From positions 2,208,001 through 2,272,000 of the forward strand of contig OZ245742.1 of assembly GCA_965227295.1 (NCBI GenBank): DNA of 64,000 nt. Reading direction: 5' to 3'. The DNA is from Leptonemataceae bacterium. GTDB taxonomy: Bacteria; Spirochaetota; Leptospiria; Leptospirales; Leptonemataceae. The position numbers and the translations under genes were made by a program. Positions 8,494-17,676 of this stretch are shown here, piece by piece (the stretch's first letter is position 1; every line of letters starts with the position of its first letter). A model generated the notes under the pieces. That model worked only from the letters and a program-made list of their open reading frames with translations. It ran no database searches and was not told the DNA's origin.

Positions 8494-11400
8494 CTACTGC
8501 CGATCTTGTGTCAGTAACAACCATCCGCCGACAAGTTCTGATTCCAGGTGGTTGTGTTCCTTTTCGTCGTCCGTGCGCAGGTCTCGCACGCCGTACCGCG
8601 GATCAAACCATTGCCAGCGAAAACCGGAAACCGCCGGCGTGTTCAGAACCAGGGGGCCGGGGGCCACGGCATTCGGGAGCGGTGCCGGTTGTAACAACGG
8701 CGTCGTTCGGAACCACAGTCCGAACTTTCGCAAGACGGGCAGATAGTGCGAGGCCGGAATCGAAATAACCTTCGTCGGCAATAAACCGGTGGTCGCGTGT
8801 ACGACACCACGCGGGTCCACCAGCATCGTTACGTTCAGAGGTGCGTCATCCGGAGAGCGCCACCGGGTCTGATGACCGGTGGCATCGATGCGCGGATCCT
8901 CTCCGGCGATAGCGCTCGTTTCCGGCGCGAAGAAGGGATCGCCGAGTCCGCCGTAGGCGTCTTCGATCCAGTAACCGACCAGTCCGTCGTTCAGTTGCGC
9001 GTGTTCACCGAGACGAATCGGAAACTTCACGGCGGTCCAGTTCCTGCGATAGCGCTTTGCGTACGTCCAGGGCGCGCCGGCATCGCAATTGTGTAAATCT
9101 GCGAGCAGTGCCGGCCAGCTCTGATCCATGGCGGGCAGGCCGCAGAGTTCGAAGGAGATCGTCGCCCGGACCACGGCCATGGGGCGACCCATGAGAATCC
9201 ATTTCGTATCGAAGAGATGGGCGTTCGTCGGGGCGATGTGTTCGAGGGCGTTCTGGGTTGCGGACAGGAAGGCCTCTAAGAATGTTTTGCTGCCTGTTAA
9301 GCGTGAGACCGTGTTGAAGAGATACGGATTCGTGATGTCGCCGGCCAGGTCGGGCGCTCTCTCCGACCAGGGCGGCGTATCCCAGGTGCCGTCCGCCTTG
9401 ATCGAACCCAGAGCGGTGCCCGCGGCGGAGAAAACGGCGACGCTGTTGTCGAGGTAGTCCGCCATCAACCAGCCGCACACGGGCGACGTATCCGGATGAT
9501 CATTCGTGGTGTGGAAGTCGACGTGGTCCGCGTATTCGTCGACGTCCGCGGACACGGGATGTGCCGATAGCCATCGAAAGTTCAGGCGCGCGGGTTGGGA
9601 GAGACGCGGAGGGAGAAACGGTTTATCACGCTTGCTTCCGTCGCGCAGGGTTTCCGCGGCCACCAGTCCGGTGACGGTCGGGTCGATGTCGTGGATCAAT
9701 CCGAAGTTATCGATCAATCTCAGTCGATTCAGCTTCAGCCCGCCGCTCCGAATCGGATTAAAGTCGAATGCCGGAAGCGGCGAGGAATCGCGTCGGTTCG
9801 CGACGAGTTCCCTGACCTGCCCGGTGAACGCTTTCGCCGCGGCAAAGCCGATGGGTTCTTCGACGGGCAGTTGTGCAACTTTCTTTAGCATGATGCAGGC
9901 GTGATGAAAACCGTTCAGGGTTTGCGACACGACATGCATTTCATCGAGTTTCTGGTACGCGAGGCGTGCGGTTTCCAGGGGGTTGCGGGTCGGATCGGCC
10001 TCCCAGAGGACGTCGGGATGGAGAAGCGCGGGAACATCTTCGGACCGCGCCCGCAAGAAATCGTCGATGCCGTGATGATCCGTAAACTTTATGTGATCTT
10101 TCTTCAGGGAGATTTCGATCAACGAACGGATGTGTCGACGCAGGGATTGCCGCGCATGGGAACTCATGATCACCGATCCGGAAAAGACCGACAGCCGTCC
10201 GGCGACGTATTCGGGCCGTTGTTCGAAATCCGGGCCACGCTCGGCTAATGCGACGTTACGCTTCAGTCCGTCCGGTTCAAAGGCTCCGCCGGCGTGCCGC
10301 AGGTCCGTATCAACGAGGTCCATCTCCCAATCGAGAAGAAACGGATTCCAGGCCTGCTGCGAGAGTTGAGATGGCTGAATCCGGTGACGGACTTTCTCTC
10401 GCAGATCCGCGATATCGGCGGGCACGGGATCCGCCTCGCCGACAAAGGCTATGATGGGACATGTTAAATACTGATCACCCGGCGGGCCGTCTGATTCTGC
10501 GTTCGCCGGGTCCAGACCTGCAATCATCAAGACCGGTGCCCGCGGTTCCCAGTAGCGCGGGCCGTCGATCATGGTGAGCGCGAGGAAACTTGATGCCTTG
10601 TGGTGGCGGCGTCGCTCATTTTCGAGGGATATTAGATCAGAAACTCTCTGCCAGGCATTCAGGACCGCGTTCGCTCGATCGGCTTTGCCTGTTTTATCGA
10701 TCCGCGGGCGAAAGTTGTTCGTTTCATCGTATCCGTTAATGATACCGGTGGATTCGATCGTCGCTTCCAGTTCGGCGAAGGAATGCGTTTCGATAAAATA
10801 CTGAATATGATCGGCGTCGGGAAAAACACCGCGGCCTTCGATACCAGGATAGCGGGCGTGCATGTATCGATACCAGTCCGCATAGAGCTGATGTCGCAGG
10901 GTGATCAGTTTCCGCTCGCTTCGGTCAAACATCATCTGCGCCATGTTCAGGCTTTGTAACGGGCCGGCCAGTTCCGACGGCAGCTCCGGTTGATCTGCTG
11001 CGGGAGCGTCGATATGATCCGGGTGGTGCGTCGTGATCTTCCACAGTTGGCCGGCCGTTACGGCCCGAAAGCCCTGTCGGTGTCTCGCCTCGTGAAATTT
11101 TGGCCCGACATCGATCGTGTGATGCTCCAGTCCGGAGTGCAGTAGTATTGACTCGAGTTGGCTTTCGAACAGGTTCTTATGTGTAGAACGCTCCGGTTTT
11201 CCGTTGCTCATTTTGTCGGCAAGCAACGCCGAGAGTGCTTCCGTGCCGGTATTCCCGACGGAGACCTGGAGCTTCGATCTTTCCGTTGGCGGAGAGGCGT
11301 CGGCCTGGATCTCGCCGAAGAACAGAGTTCTGAACTTCCGGAGCGGCCAGGGCTCGGCGTCCGGAACTTCCAACTGCAACTTAAAGAGGTTGCGGAGTTT

Positions 11401-12138
11401 ACCGTTAAGTTTTTCCCGCGACATGCTGGTGTCGGAGGAAGTGAGTTCAGGGATAATCGTGCGGAGCAGGTCATCTTCCTGCTCGGAATTCCAGCCAATC
11501 ACCGAATATTTGAGATCATCACCTGCCTGGCCTTCCGGGTCGTAAAAACCAAAAACGCCGGCGCAATTCGGATAGAACGAAGAAAAGTTAATACCACCGT
11601 AACCCAATACGGTGAGGGGTTTGCCGTTGTTAAGTTTCTTGAAGCTATCGCCGGGTTGCGTGCCAGGATGACCGTATGCAGTTTTGCGACCCATGTACCT
11701 GTACGGCCGTTGCTTTGCCCCCGCGTGCGGAATGACACAGACCGGCTCGTCCGGGTCCACCTCTTCGGCGTGGACGAAGTCGCTTTCAATCAGCCATTGT
11801 TGTTCGGCCAGGCCACCGCCGTTGCGCGCTACCAGCCATCTGTTCGGAGCCGCCGGATACGTACCGGGATGCGTTTGCAAATTGTTCGGGCCCGGTCTCC
11901 CGAGAAAGTGAGGAACGATGAAGTGCAAGTGCATACCCGGATGGAGTGGGAAGCCGGGATTCGCAAACGGGGCATGCACGATTCCGCGGCTGACAAAAGG
12001 CTGCTCGAAGAAAAAGTCCGTGGACGAATCGCTCCAGGGGAGGCGCGAGTAATCTCCGAGGGGCGGCGCGGCCTGCCGCAGAGTCTTTAAGCAGAGTCCT
12101 TCGATTCGAAGGGGAACAATAATCCTGGATTCTTGCAT
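8494..12138 (-). CDS. Large uncharacterised protein (HLH..PNRWLV..ESD..YPNCxxVFGFxD motif string)
   Basis: 1214-aa ORF, first gene of a tightly spaced minus-strand operon; no signal peptide or TM segment evident. Confidence 0.85.
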   Translation of the reverse strand: MQESRIIVPLRIEGLCLKTLRQAAPPLGDYSRLPWSDSSTDFFFEQPFVSRGIVHAPFANPGFPLHPGMHLHFIVPHFLGRPGPNNLQTHPGTYPAAPNRWLVARNGGGLAEQQWLIESDFVHAEEVDPDEPVCVIPHAGAKQRPYRYMGRKTAYGHPGTQPGDSFKKLNNGKPLTVLGYGGINFSSFYPNCAGVFGFYDPEGQAGDDLKYSVIGWNSEQEDDLLRTIIPELTSSDTSMSREKLNGKLRNLFKLQLEVPDAEPWPLRKFRTLFFGEIQADASPPTERSKLQVSVGNTGTEALSALLADKMSNGKPERSTHKNLFESQLESILLHSGLEHHTIDVGPKFHEARHRQGFRAVTAGQLWKITTHHPDHIDAPAADQPELPSELAGPLQSLNMAQMMFDRSERKLITLRHQLYADWYRYMHARYPGIEGRGVFPDADHIQYFIETHSFAELEATIESTGIINGYDETNNFRPRIDKTGKADRANAVLNAWQRVSDLISLENERRRHHKASSFLALTMIDGPRYWEPRAPVLMIAGLDPANAESDGPPGDQYLTCPIIAFVGEADPVPADIADLREKVRHRIQPSQLSQQAWNPFLLDWEMDLVDTDLRHAGGAFEPDGLKRNVALAERGPDFEQRPEYVAGRLSVFSGSVIMSSHARQSLRRHIRSLIEISLKKDHIKFTDHHGIDDFLRARSEDVPALLHPDVLWEADPTRNPLETARLAYQKLDEMHVVSQTLNGFHHACIMLKKVAQLPVEEPIGFAAAKAFTGQVRELVANRRDSSPLPAFDFNPIRSGGLKLNRLRLIDNFGLIHDIDPTVTGLVAAETLRDGSKRDKPFLPPRLSQPARLNFRWLSAHPVSADVDEYADHVDFHTTNDHPDTSPVCGWLMADYLDNSVAVFSAAGTALGSIKADGTWDTPPWSERAPDLAGDITNPYLFNTVSRLTGSKTFLEAFLSATQNALEHIAPTNAHLFDTKWILMGRPMAVVRATISFELCGLPAMDQSWPALLADLHNCDAGAPWTYAKRYRRNWTAVKFPIRLGEHAQLNDGLVGYWIEDAYGGLGDPFFAPETSAIAGEDPRIDATGHQTRWRSPDDAPLNVTMLVDPRGVVHATTGLLPTKVISIPASHYLPVLRKFGLWFRTTPLLQPAPLPNAVAPGPLVLNTPAVSGFRWQWFDPRYGVRDLRTDDEKEHNHLESELVGGWLLLTQDRQ

Positions 12139-12337
12139 GCGGCCGCCCGGGTTTCAAACCTGCTAATATGTTTCTATGTGAAATTAGCCCGAGCGCAATT
12201 ATTTTCTAACGTTGAGAGTCTGAAATTGAGTGATTATCGGGCGGCTGCTTCAGTATCATCCGGGGTTTCGCGGCGGGTGTAACTCAGGACAGCGGCGACG
12301 GCCATGCCCGTGTTCGTACGAGTCTTCGTCCGGGCAC

Positions 12338-12370
12338 AAAAAACCCCGGGCTGTATGAGCAACCCGGGGC
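12338..12370 (-). terminator. Rho-independent terminator of glnA
   Basis: Minus strand gccccgggttg-ctcata-cagcccgggg followed by a T run, about 45 bp after the glnA stop. Confidence 0.85.
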
Positions 12371-12413
12371 TTCTCGACGGCCGCTAACTCACGGCATCGT
12401 GTGTTTGTAAAGA

Positions 12414-13853
12414 TCAGCAGTCGTAGTAGAGGACGAACTCATACGGGTGCGGCCGCATGTTGTTCATTTCCACGTACTCGCCCATCTTGTAGTCGGCATA
12501 GGCTTCGAGCATGTCTTTCGTGAAGACGTTGCCCTGCGACAGAAAGTCGTTGTCTTTGCCGAGTTCTTCGAGAACCTCTTTGAGAGACGTCGGTACCTGC
12601 TTGATGTTCGCCATCTGCTCTTCGGAGGCTTCGTAGAGATCGAAGTCGGCCGGGGGACCCGGATCGATCTTCTTTTGTACGCCGTCCAGGCCGGCCATGA
12701 TCATGGCGGCGAAGGCGAGGTACGAACAAGACGAAGCGTCCGCCGTGCGGAATTCGATGCGGCGTGCTTTGTCGCTGTTGACCGCGATCGGGATCCGAAT
12801 GGAAGCCGAACGGTTCCGTGCGGAGTACACCAGGGTTACCGGTGCTTCGAAGCCCGGGACCAGACGTTTGTAGGAGTTCGTGGTCGGGTTCGAGAACGCC
12901 AGCACGGACGCACCGTGTTCCAGGATGCCGCCGATGTAGTTCATGGCGAGTTCGGACATGTTCGCGTAGCCGCTGCCGGCGAAGAGGTTCTTGCCGTCTT
13001 TCCAGAGTGACTGGTGCGTGTGCATACCGGTGCCGTTGTCATTGTAAACGGGTTTCGGCATGAAGGTTACGCTGTAGCCGTACTTCTTCGCGACGTTCTT
13101 CAGAACGTACTTGTACTTGATCATGTTGTCGGCCATCGTCAACGCGTCGGCCACAACCAGGTTGATCTCGCCCTGACCGGCGGAAGCCACCTCGTGGTGA
13201 TGCTTCTCGACCTTCACGCCGACGGTTTCGAGGATCGAAAGTACTTCCGAACGCAGATCCTGGTAGAGATCGTTCGGCGGGGTCGGGAAGTAACCGCCCT
13301 TCGGACGCATCTTGTGGCCGAGGTTCTGGCCGTTGCCGTCGATGCCTTCGGTGCCCATGTTCCAGGACGCGTCGGTGGCATCTACATAGTAGAAACCGTG
13401 CTGCATTTCGCTGGAGAAGCGCACGTCGCGGAAGATGAAGAATTCCGCTTCCGGTCCGAGAAACGCGGTGTCCGCGATGCCGGTGCTTTTCATGTACTCG
13501 AGGCAACGCTTGAGGATCGTGCGCGGGTCACGATCGTAGGCTTCGCCGGTAATCGGATCGTAAATGTCCGAGAAACAGACGAGGGTTTTCTTTTCGAAGA
13601 ACGGATCGATGAACGCGCCGACGGTGTCGAGACGGTTCAACATGTCCGACTCCTGGATGCCTTTCCATCCCCGTACCGAAGAACCGTCGAATCCGAGACC
13701 GAACGTAAAACAATCTTCGTCGATCTGGCTCAGCGGCATGGTGTAGTGATGGGTCAGGCCGAACTGATCGGTGAACCGGATGTCGACGTACTCGACTTTT
13801 TCAGACTCGGCCCACTTCAATAATTCCTTGGGGTCCTGCGGTAATTGGGACAT
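12414..13853 (-). CDS. glnA: Glutamine synthetase type I
   Basis: FDGSSVRGW, HHHEVA, TFMPKP..DNGTGMHTHQS, NSYKRLVPGFEAP, RNRSASIRIP, RIEFR; DLYE adenylylation-type Tyr. Confidence 0.98.
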   Translation of the reverse strand: MSQLPQDPKELLKWAESEKVEYVDIRFTDQFGLTHHYTMPLSQIDEDCFTFGLGFDGSSVRGWKGIQESDMLNRLDTVGAFIDPFFEKKTLVCFSDIYDPITGEAYDRDPRTILKRCLEYMKSTGIADTAFLGPEAEFFIFRDVRFSSEMQHGFYYVDATDASWNMGTEGIDGNGQNLGHKMRPKGGYFPTPPNDLYQDLRSEVLSILETVGVKVEKHHHEVASAGQGEINLVVADALTMADNMIKYKYVLKNVAKKYGYSVTFMPKPVYNDNGTGMHTHQSLWKDGKNLFAGSGYANMSELAMNYIGGILEHGASVLAFSNPTTNSYKRLVPGFEAPVTLVYSARNRSASIRIPIAVNSDKARRIEFRTADASSCSYLAFAAMIMAGLDGVQKKIDPGPPADFDLYEASEEQMANIKQVPTSLKEVLEELGKDNDFLSQGNVFTKDMLEAYADYKMGEYVEMNNMRPHPYEFVLYYDC

Positions 13854-13898
13854 AATCTAACTGACTCCTTCCTGAGGGTATATTTGCTCATTGTGCGG

Positions 13899-13914
13899 TG
13901 CAACTTTCGTACCG
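13899..13914 (-). promoter_or_regulatory. Sigma54 (-24/-12) promoter of glnA
   Basis: Minus strand CGGTACGAAAGTTGCA = GG-N10-GC, close to TGGCACG-N4-TTGCA, 45 bp upstream of the ATG. Confidence 0.75.
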
Positions 13915-14231
13915 GCCAAAAAATGGGCAAATTCCGGAAAAATCTGCGAGTGCGCTGCTTGAATGTGTGCATGCTGCCTTTTGAGTGATCAATTTGCCCC
14001 TTGGATATGCGGATTGTTGCTTTTCAGGCTGTCCATTGTGACTGGACGTCGTTCAGCGCTCGCTCAATCACTGCAAAAACCACGTATTATCCACGGAAAA
14101 ATGTGAATAGGCACGGATTTTTGTATTGAGTCGCGTCCAGGGCCCGTGATTCGCCAAAAAAATGGCTTCCGCTATGAAGCCCGGTACGTAACTTGAACTT
14201 GATGAACCCGGGCCTCTATAGCTCCGGTCAG

Positions 14232-15806
14232 ATGATGCGAATCTTCTCCAAATCCTCAGGCCGCCGCCAAGCGCGATGGCGCCTTTTGTTTTCGCTCGTG
14301 CCTGCTCTATTTTTTGCGCAGTGCCTGGCCTTCAGCCAGGCCACGACGGACCTTTCGCGGGTGGAGAATCAGGTTCTGCTGTTCAGCCTTCTGAGTTCGC
14401 CGGCCTTTACCAGTTCGAACGGTGAAGGCAGTACTACGGACGATGACGAAAGCGAAGAAACGACCATGCCCCCCGCTCCGATCTGTCCGGATACCTCCGC
14501 GCTGGCCTCCGGAACGTATCTCTTTCTCGATATCAATCCGGGCGCGACGGGCGGCGAGCCGCAGGATTTGATTTGCATGGGCGGCGCCATCTACTTCAAC
14601 GCCGACGACGGCACGAGTGGCCGGGAACTCTGGCGTTCCGACGGTACCGTGGCCGGGACTGCCATGCTGACCGACCTGAATCCCGGTGCCGGCGACGGCA
14701 TTTTGGCGAACCGCGATTTCGTAACCCTTGGCGGCATGCTCTATTTCGAGGGCAATGATAGCATCACCGGTCGGGAGCTGTATCGATCCGACGGTACCGC
14801 CGGGGGCACGCTCAACGTCGCCGATCTGAATGCCGGGGCTGGCAACGGGCAGGCGGGCGCCCTGGTGGTGCTTCAAAACAGGCTCTGGTTCCAGTGTAAT
14901 ACCGGCGCGACCGGCCTCGAACCCTGCGTCTCGGACGGGACCATGGCCGGCACCCTGCAGATCGTGGATCTCAATCCCGGTGCCGGCAATAGCTTCTTCA
15001 CGCGCCGGGCCGCGGTGGGCAGCACGCAGGTGGTCTTTCAAGGAACCGACGGTACTAATGGTAACGAACTTTATGTTACCGACGGCACCGGGGGCGGCAC
15101 GAGCCTCGTCGCCGATATCCAGGCCGGCGCGGCGAGCGGGAATCCGGACCAGTTCGCGAGTCTCGGCACGAGCGCCCTCTTCACCGCGGACGACGGCACC
15201 AATGGTACGGAAGTCTGGATTACGGACGGCACCGGTGGCGGCACCATGCTCCTGGCCGATATCGATGCAGGGGCCGGTGGTGCCGCCTCGGACCTGGCTG
15301 CTGCCGGTGGCTTCGTCTACTTTCGCCAGAATACCGCCGCCGGAAACGAGCTCTGTCGATCCGACGGCACGCCGGGCGGCACCGCGCTCTTCGCGGACCT
15401 CGATGCCGGCGCCGGCAGCTTTCCTCAGGGCTTCACCGAGTCCGGCAGTTTCGTCTACTTTCAGGCGGACGGCGCGACGAACGGTGTCGAGCCCTGGGTT
15501 ACCGACGGTACTGTGCCCGGTTCTATCGAACTGGCTGACATCAACACTGCCGGCAACAGCGATCCGCAGTTCTTCGTAGCGGCCGGTGGCGGAAGCGCGT
15601 TCTTCATCGCCAGCGATCCGGCCTCCGTGGGGCGAGAACTCTATCAGAGCGACGGCACTCCCGGGGGGACGGCCCTTGTGTTCGACACGAATACCGGGAC
15701 GGCGAACGGCGTGGACCCGGAGACGATGCTCTGGACCGGCAGTGTGCTCTTTTTCGCCGCGGACGACGGTGCGAACGGTGTCGAACTCTGGGTGCACGTG
15801 CCGTAA
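14232..15806 (+). CDS. ELWxxDGT repeat (beta-propeller) protein, probable lipoprotein
   Basis: Repeated G(R/N)EL(W/Y)xSDGT motifs; hydrophobic stretch ending FFAQC; start uncertain. Confidence 0.88.
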   Translation: MMRIFSKSSGRRQARWRLLFSLVPALFFAQCLAFSQATTDLSRVENQVLLFSLLSSPAFTSSNGEGSTTDDDESEETTMPPAPICPDTSALASGTYLFLDINPGATGGEPQDLICMGGAIYFNADDGTSGRELWRSDGTVAGTAMLTDLNPGAGDGILANRDFVTLGGMLYFEGNDSITGRELYRSDGTAGGTLNVADLNAGAGNGQAGALVVLQNRLWFQCNTGATGLEPCVSDGTMAGTLQIVDLNPGAGNSFFTRRAAVGSTQVVFQGTDGTNGNELYVTDGTGGGTSLVADIQAGAASGNPDQFASLGTSALFTADDGTNGTEVWITDGTGGGTMLLADIDAGAGGAASDLAAAGGFVYFRQNTAAGNELCRSDGTPGGTALFADLDAGAGSFPQGFTESGSFVYFQADGATNGVEPWVTDGTVPGSIELADINTAGNSDPQFFVAAGGGSAFFIASDPASVGRELYQSDGTPGGTALVFDTNTGTANGVDPETMLWTGSVLFFAADDGANGVELWVHVP

Positions 15807-15858
15807 ACAAGCCCGGGCCGAAAACTCAAGTTCCTTTTGCTTCGTCCGATCATACAAC

Positions 15859-16689
15859 ATGCGTCGCCTGATCTTTCCGCTCATCCTTGCTGTCGTCATT
15901 GCCGTTCTGCTCAGCGGATCGTTTCTGTTTGCCCAGCCGCAACTGGATCACAAGTTCCTGCCCCAGGGAGTATTGAATTACTCCAGTGACGGCGGCTCGC
16001 ACTTTTTGTGGGACAACGGCCGGGAGCGGTCGAGCTTCATGCTCAAGATGGTTTCGGAGCTGATTACGCCGGCGCCGGATTACTGCATCGATCGTCTGCA
16101 CAAGGAACTGGAGCGGGAGACGTCCTTCGTGCCGCGCTCCGAAAAGCGGGACGCGGTTGCTAATCGTAACTCACCGTACTTTATGAGCGGCGAGCATCTG
16201 CGGCTGACCCAGGGCGGTCAGGTTACGAACCCGGCGAACCCGACGGGCGAAGAAGGCGATCCCTGCGAGCATGCCCTGGCCTCGTGCGGGAACTGCCATC
16301 TGCCGCGGAAAAACAACTGCAACTACGAGATCACATACGGAGACGCGGCGAATCCGAAGACGGTCTTCGCCCAGGTCGTCGCGGACGGGGCGCAGGGCAT
16401 CACGGTCAAAGGTTTGAGCAATGCCGGAACGACGGTTAACATCAAACGAGATGAGATTTACAAGACCGTGTGGATCAACGGCGCCGATCCCCTGGTCACC
16501 TGGTGGAACTTTCAATCGTTTACACGACGCGGCGAACAGGCGCAGAAGATGATGAAGATCGCCCACGAAAACGACGTGGCCTGCACGAACTGCCATCTTC
16601 GCCACGGCGACTTCCGGCTGACTCCCGAGGGCGAGGCCTTCGCGAAAGACGGCACGGTGATTCGCAAAATTCCTTTGAGTGATTTTTGA
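15859..16689 (+). CDS. Exported putative diheme cytochrome c
   Basis: Signal peptide MRRLIFPLILAVV..FA; two CxxCH motifs (CGNCH, CTNCH). ATG at 15859 is in frame with the track ORF. Confidence 0.72.
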   Translation: MRRLIFPLILAVVIAVLLSGSFLFAQPQLDHKFLPQGVLNYSSDGGSHFLWDNGRERSSFMLKMVSELITPAPDYCIDRLHKELERETSFVPRSEKRDAVANRNSPYFMSGEHLRLTQGGQVTNPANPTGEEGDPCEHALASCGNCHLPRKNNCNYEITYGDAANPKTVFAQVVADGAQGITVKGLSNAGTTVNIKRDEIYKTVWINGADPLVTWWNFQSFTRRGEQAQKMMKIAHENDVACTNCHLRHGDFRLTPEGEAFAKDGTVIRKIPLSDF

Positions 16690-16857
16690 ACTCCGAGGAC
16701 CAAGGGGCCGAGGTCACTGGAGGGCTTCGTCGGGTGCAAGTATTCGGTCAAAGAATGTTTATCTTTTTGAAAAGGCCAGGGCAATTGTCGTAGCCTGCAA
16801 CCGTGCCGGTCCAGCCCATCTCCATCATCTTCCCTCGCGACCTCGGTCCTCGAAGTT
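16689..16857. repeat. REP/MITE-like element bounded by inverted ACTCCGAGGACCGAG-type arms
   Basis: aactccgaggaccaagg at 16689 and cctcggtcctcgaagtt ending 16857, between two convergent stop codons. Confidence 0.75.
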
Positions 16858-17459
16858 TAACCTGCCTTGATGTACATAAACCGCAGGGACTTCTTATCCG
16901 GCGCGGATTTGCGGGCCCGGGTTTCCAGCCAGTCACGCGGATACTGGACGAAGGCGCCGTTTTGATTGCGGTAGCCGGAGAGCGCGTTGCCCCAGGGGTC
17001 GTGGCAGATCCAGTGATCGCTATCGTAGCCGACCACGCAGATGTAGTGGCCGCTATTGGTGATCATCGTCGACAGCATGGCCGGGCTGCCCTGATCGATG
17101 GCCGCGGCGAGTTGCTCCGGAGTGCCGCCGGTCGGATGCCATTGAATTTTCGCGGTGGCGCCGCGTTCCTCCAGGATTTTCTGACAGACCACGGCGTATG
17201 CGTCGCCGAACATACCCAGGCGCATGCCGCGCGCCCAGGGGATTTTATCGAGGATCATGTCCGCCATGGATGCGGCACCGTACTTCGGCTCCATGCGATC
17301 GATGAGCGAAGCGACGAACTCGTCGGTGGATGCATCGGGCAGAAAAGCGGAAAGCATCATGGACGCGGAGGTGTAGCCGCATTGGGAGCTACCGCGCAGC
17401 CCCCGGATGTTTGCATTGTCTCGTTGTGAATTGTAGACGACGTTGATAGGATTGGCCAT
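16857..17459 (-). CDS. C39-like (papain-fold) peptidase
   Basis: SQRDN..QCGYTSASM..GHYICVVGYD..WICHDPWG Cys/His/Asp pattern. Confidence 0.85.
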   Translation of the reverse strand: MANPINVVYNSQRDNANIRGLRGSSQCGYTSASMMLSAFLPDASTDEFVASLIDRMEPKYGAASMADMILDKIPWARGMRLGMFGDAYAVVCQKILEERGATAKIQWHPTGGTPEQLAAAIDQGSPAMLSTMITNSGHYICVVGYDSDHWICHDPWGNALSGYRNQNGAFVQYPRDWLETRARKSAPDKKSLRFMYIKAG

Positions 17460-17676
17460 GCTGAAGTTTAGGCCGTGGAGGTTCGCCGGTCAACGCTCGT
17501 AGAGCTGTTCAGTGGGTCCCGCGCAGATTTTCCGAATCATTCGTGCACATAGTTTCGCTGATATCAAGAACGTGTAGGTTCGTGCAGGGTTATGAGTCTT
17601 GCGTTAGCGATCCGGAGCGCGAAGTGCATTGGTAGTTGGGTGATCCCCGGGGATAAGCCAATGACTTAATGCATTG

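Noticed and set aside
1..12138. Prophage call
   Set aside because: No integrase, terminase, capsid, portal or tube genes in view; only collar-bearing proteins.
14108..14126. Second sigma54-like site (aggcacggatttttgta) upstream of the ELWxxDGT gene
   Set aside because: The -12 GC is missing and the spacing is off by one.
14307..15899. 530-aa minus-strand ORF
   Set aside because: Antisense to the well-supported ELWxxDGT gene; typical high-GC shadow frame.
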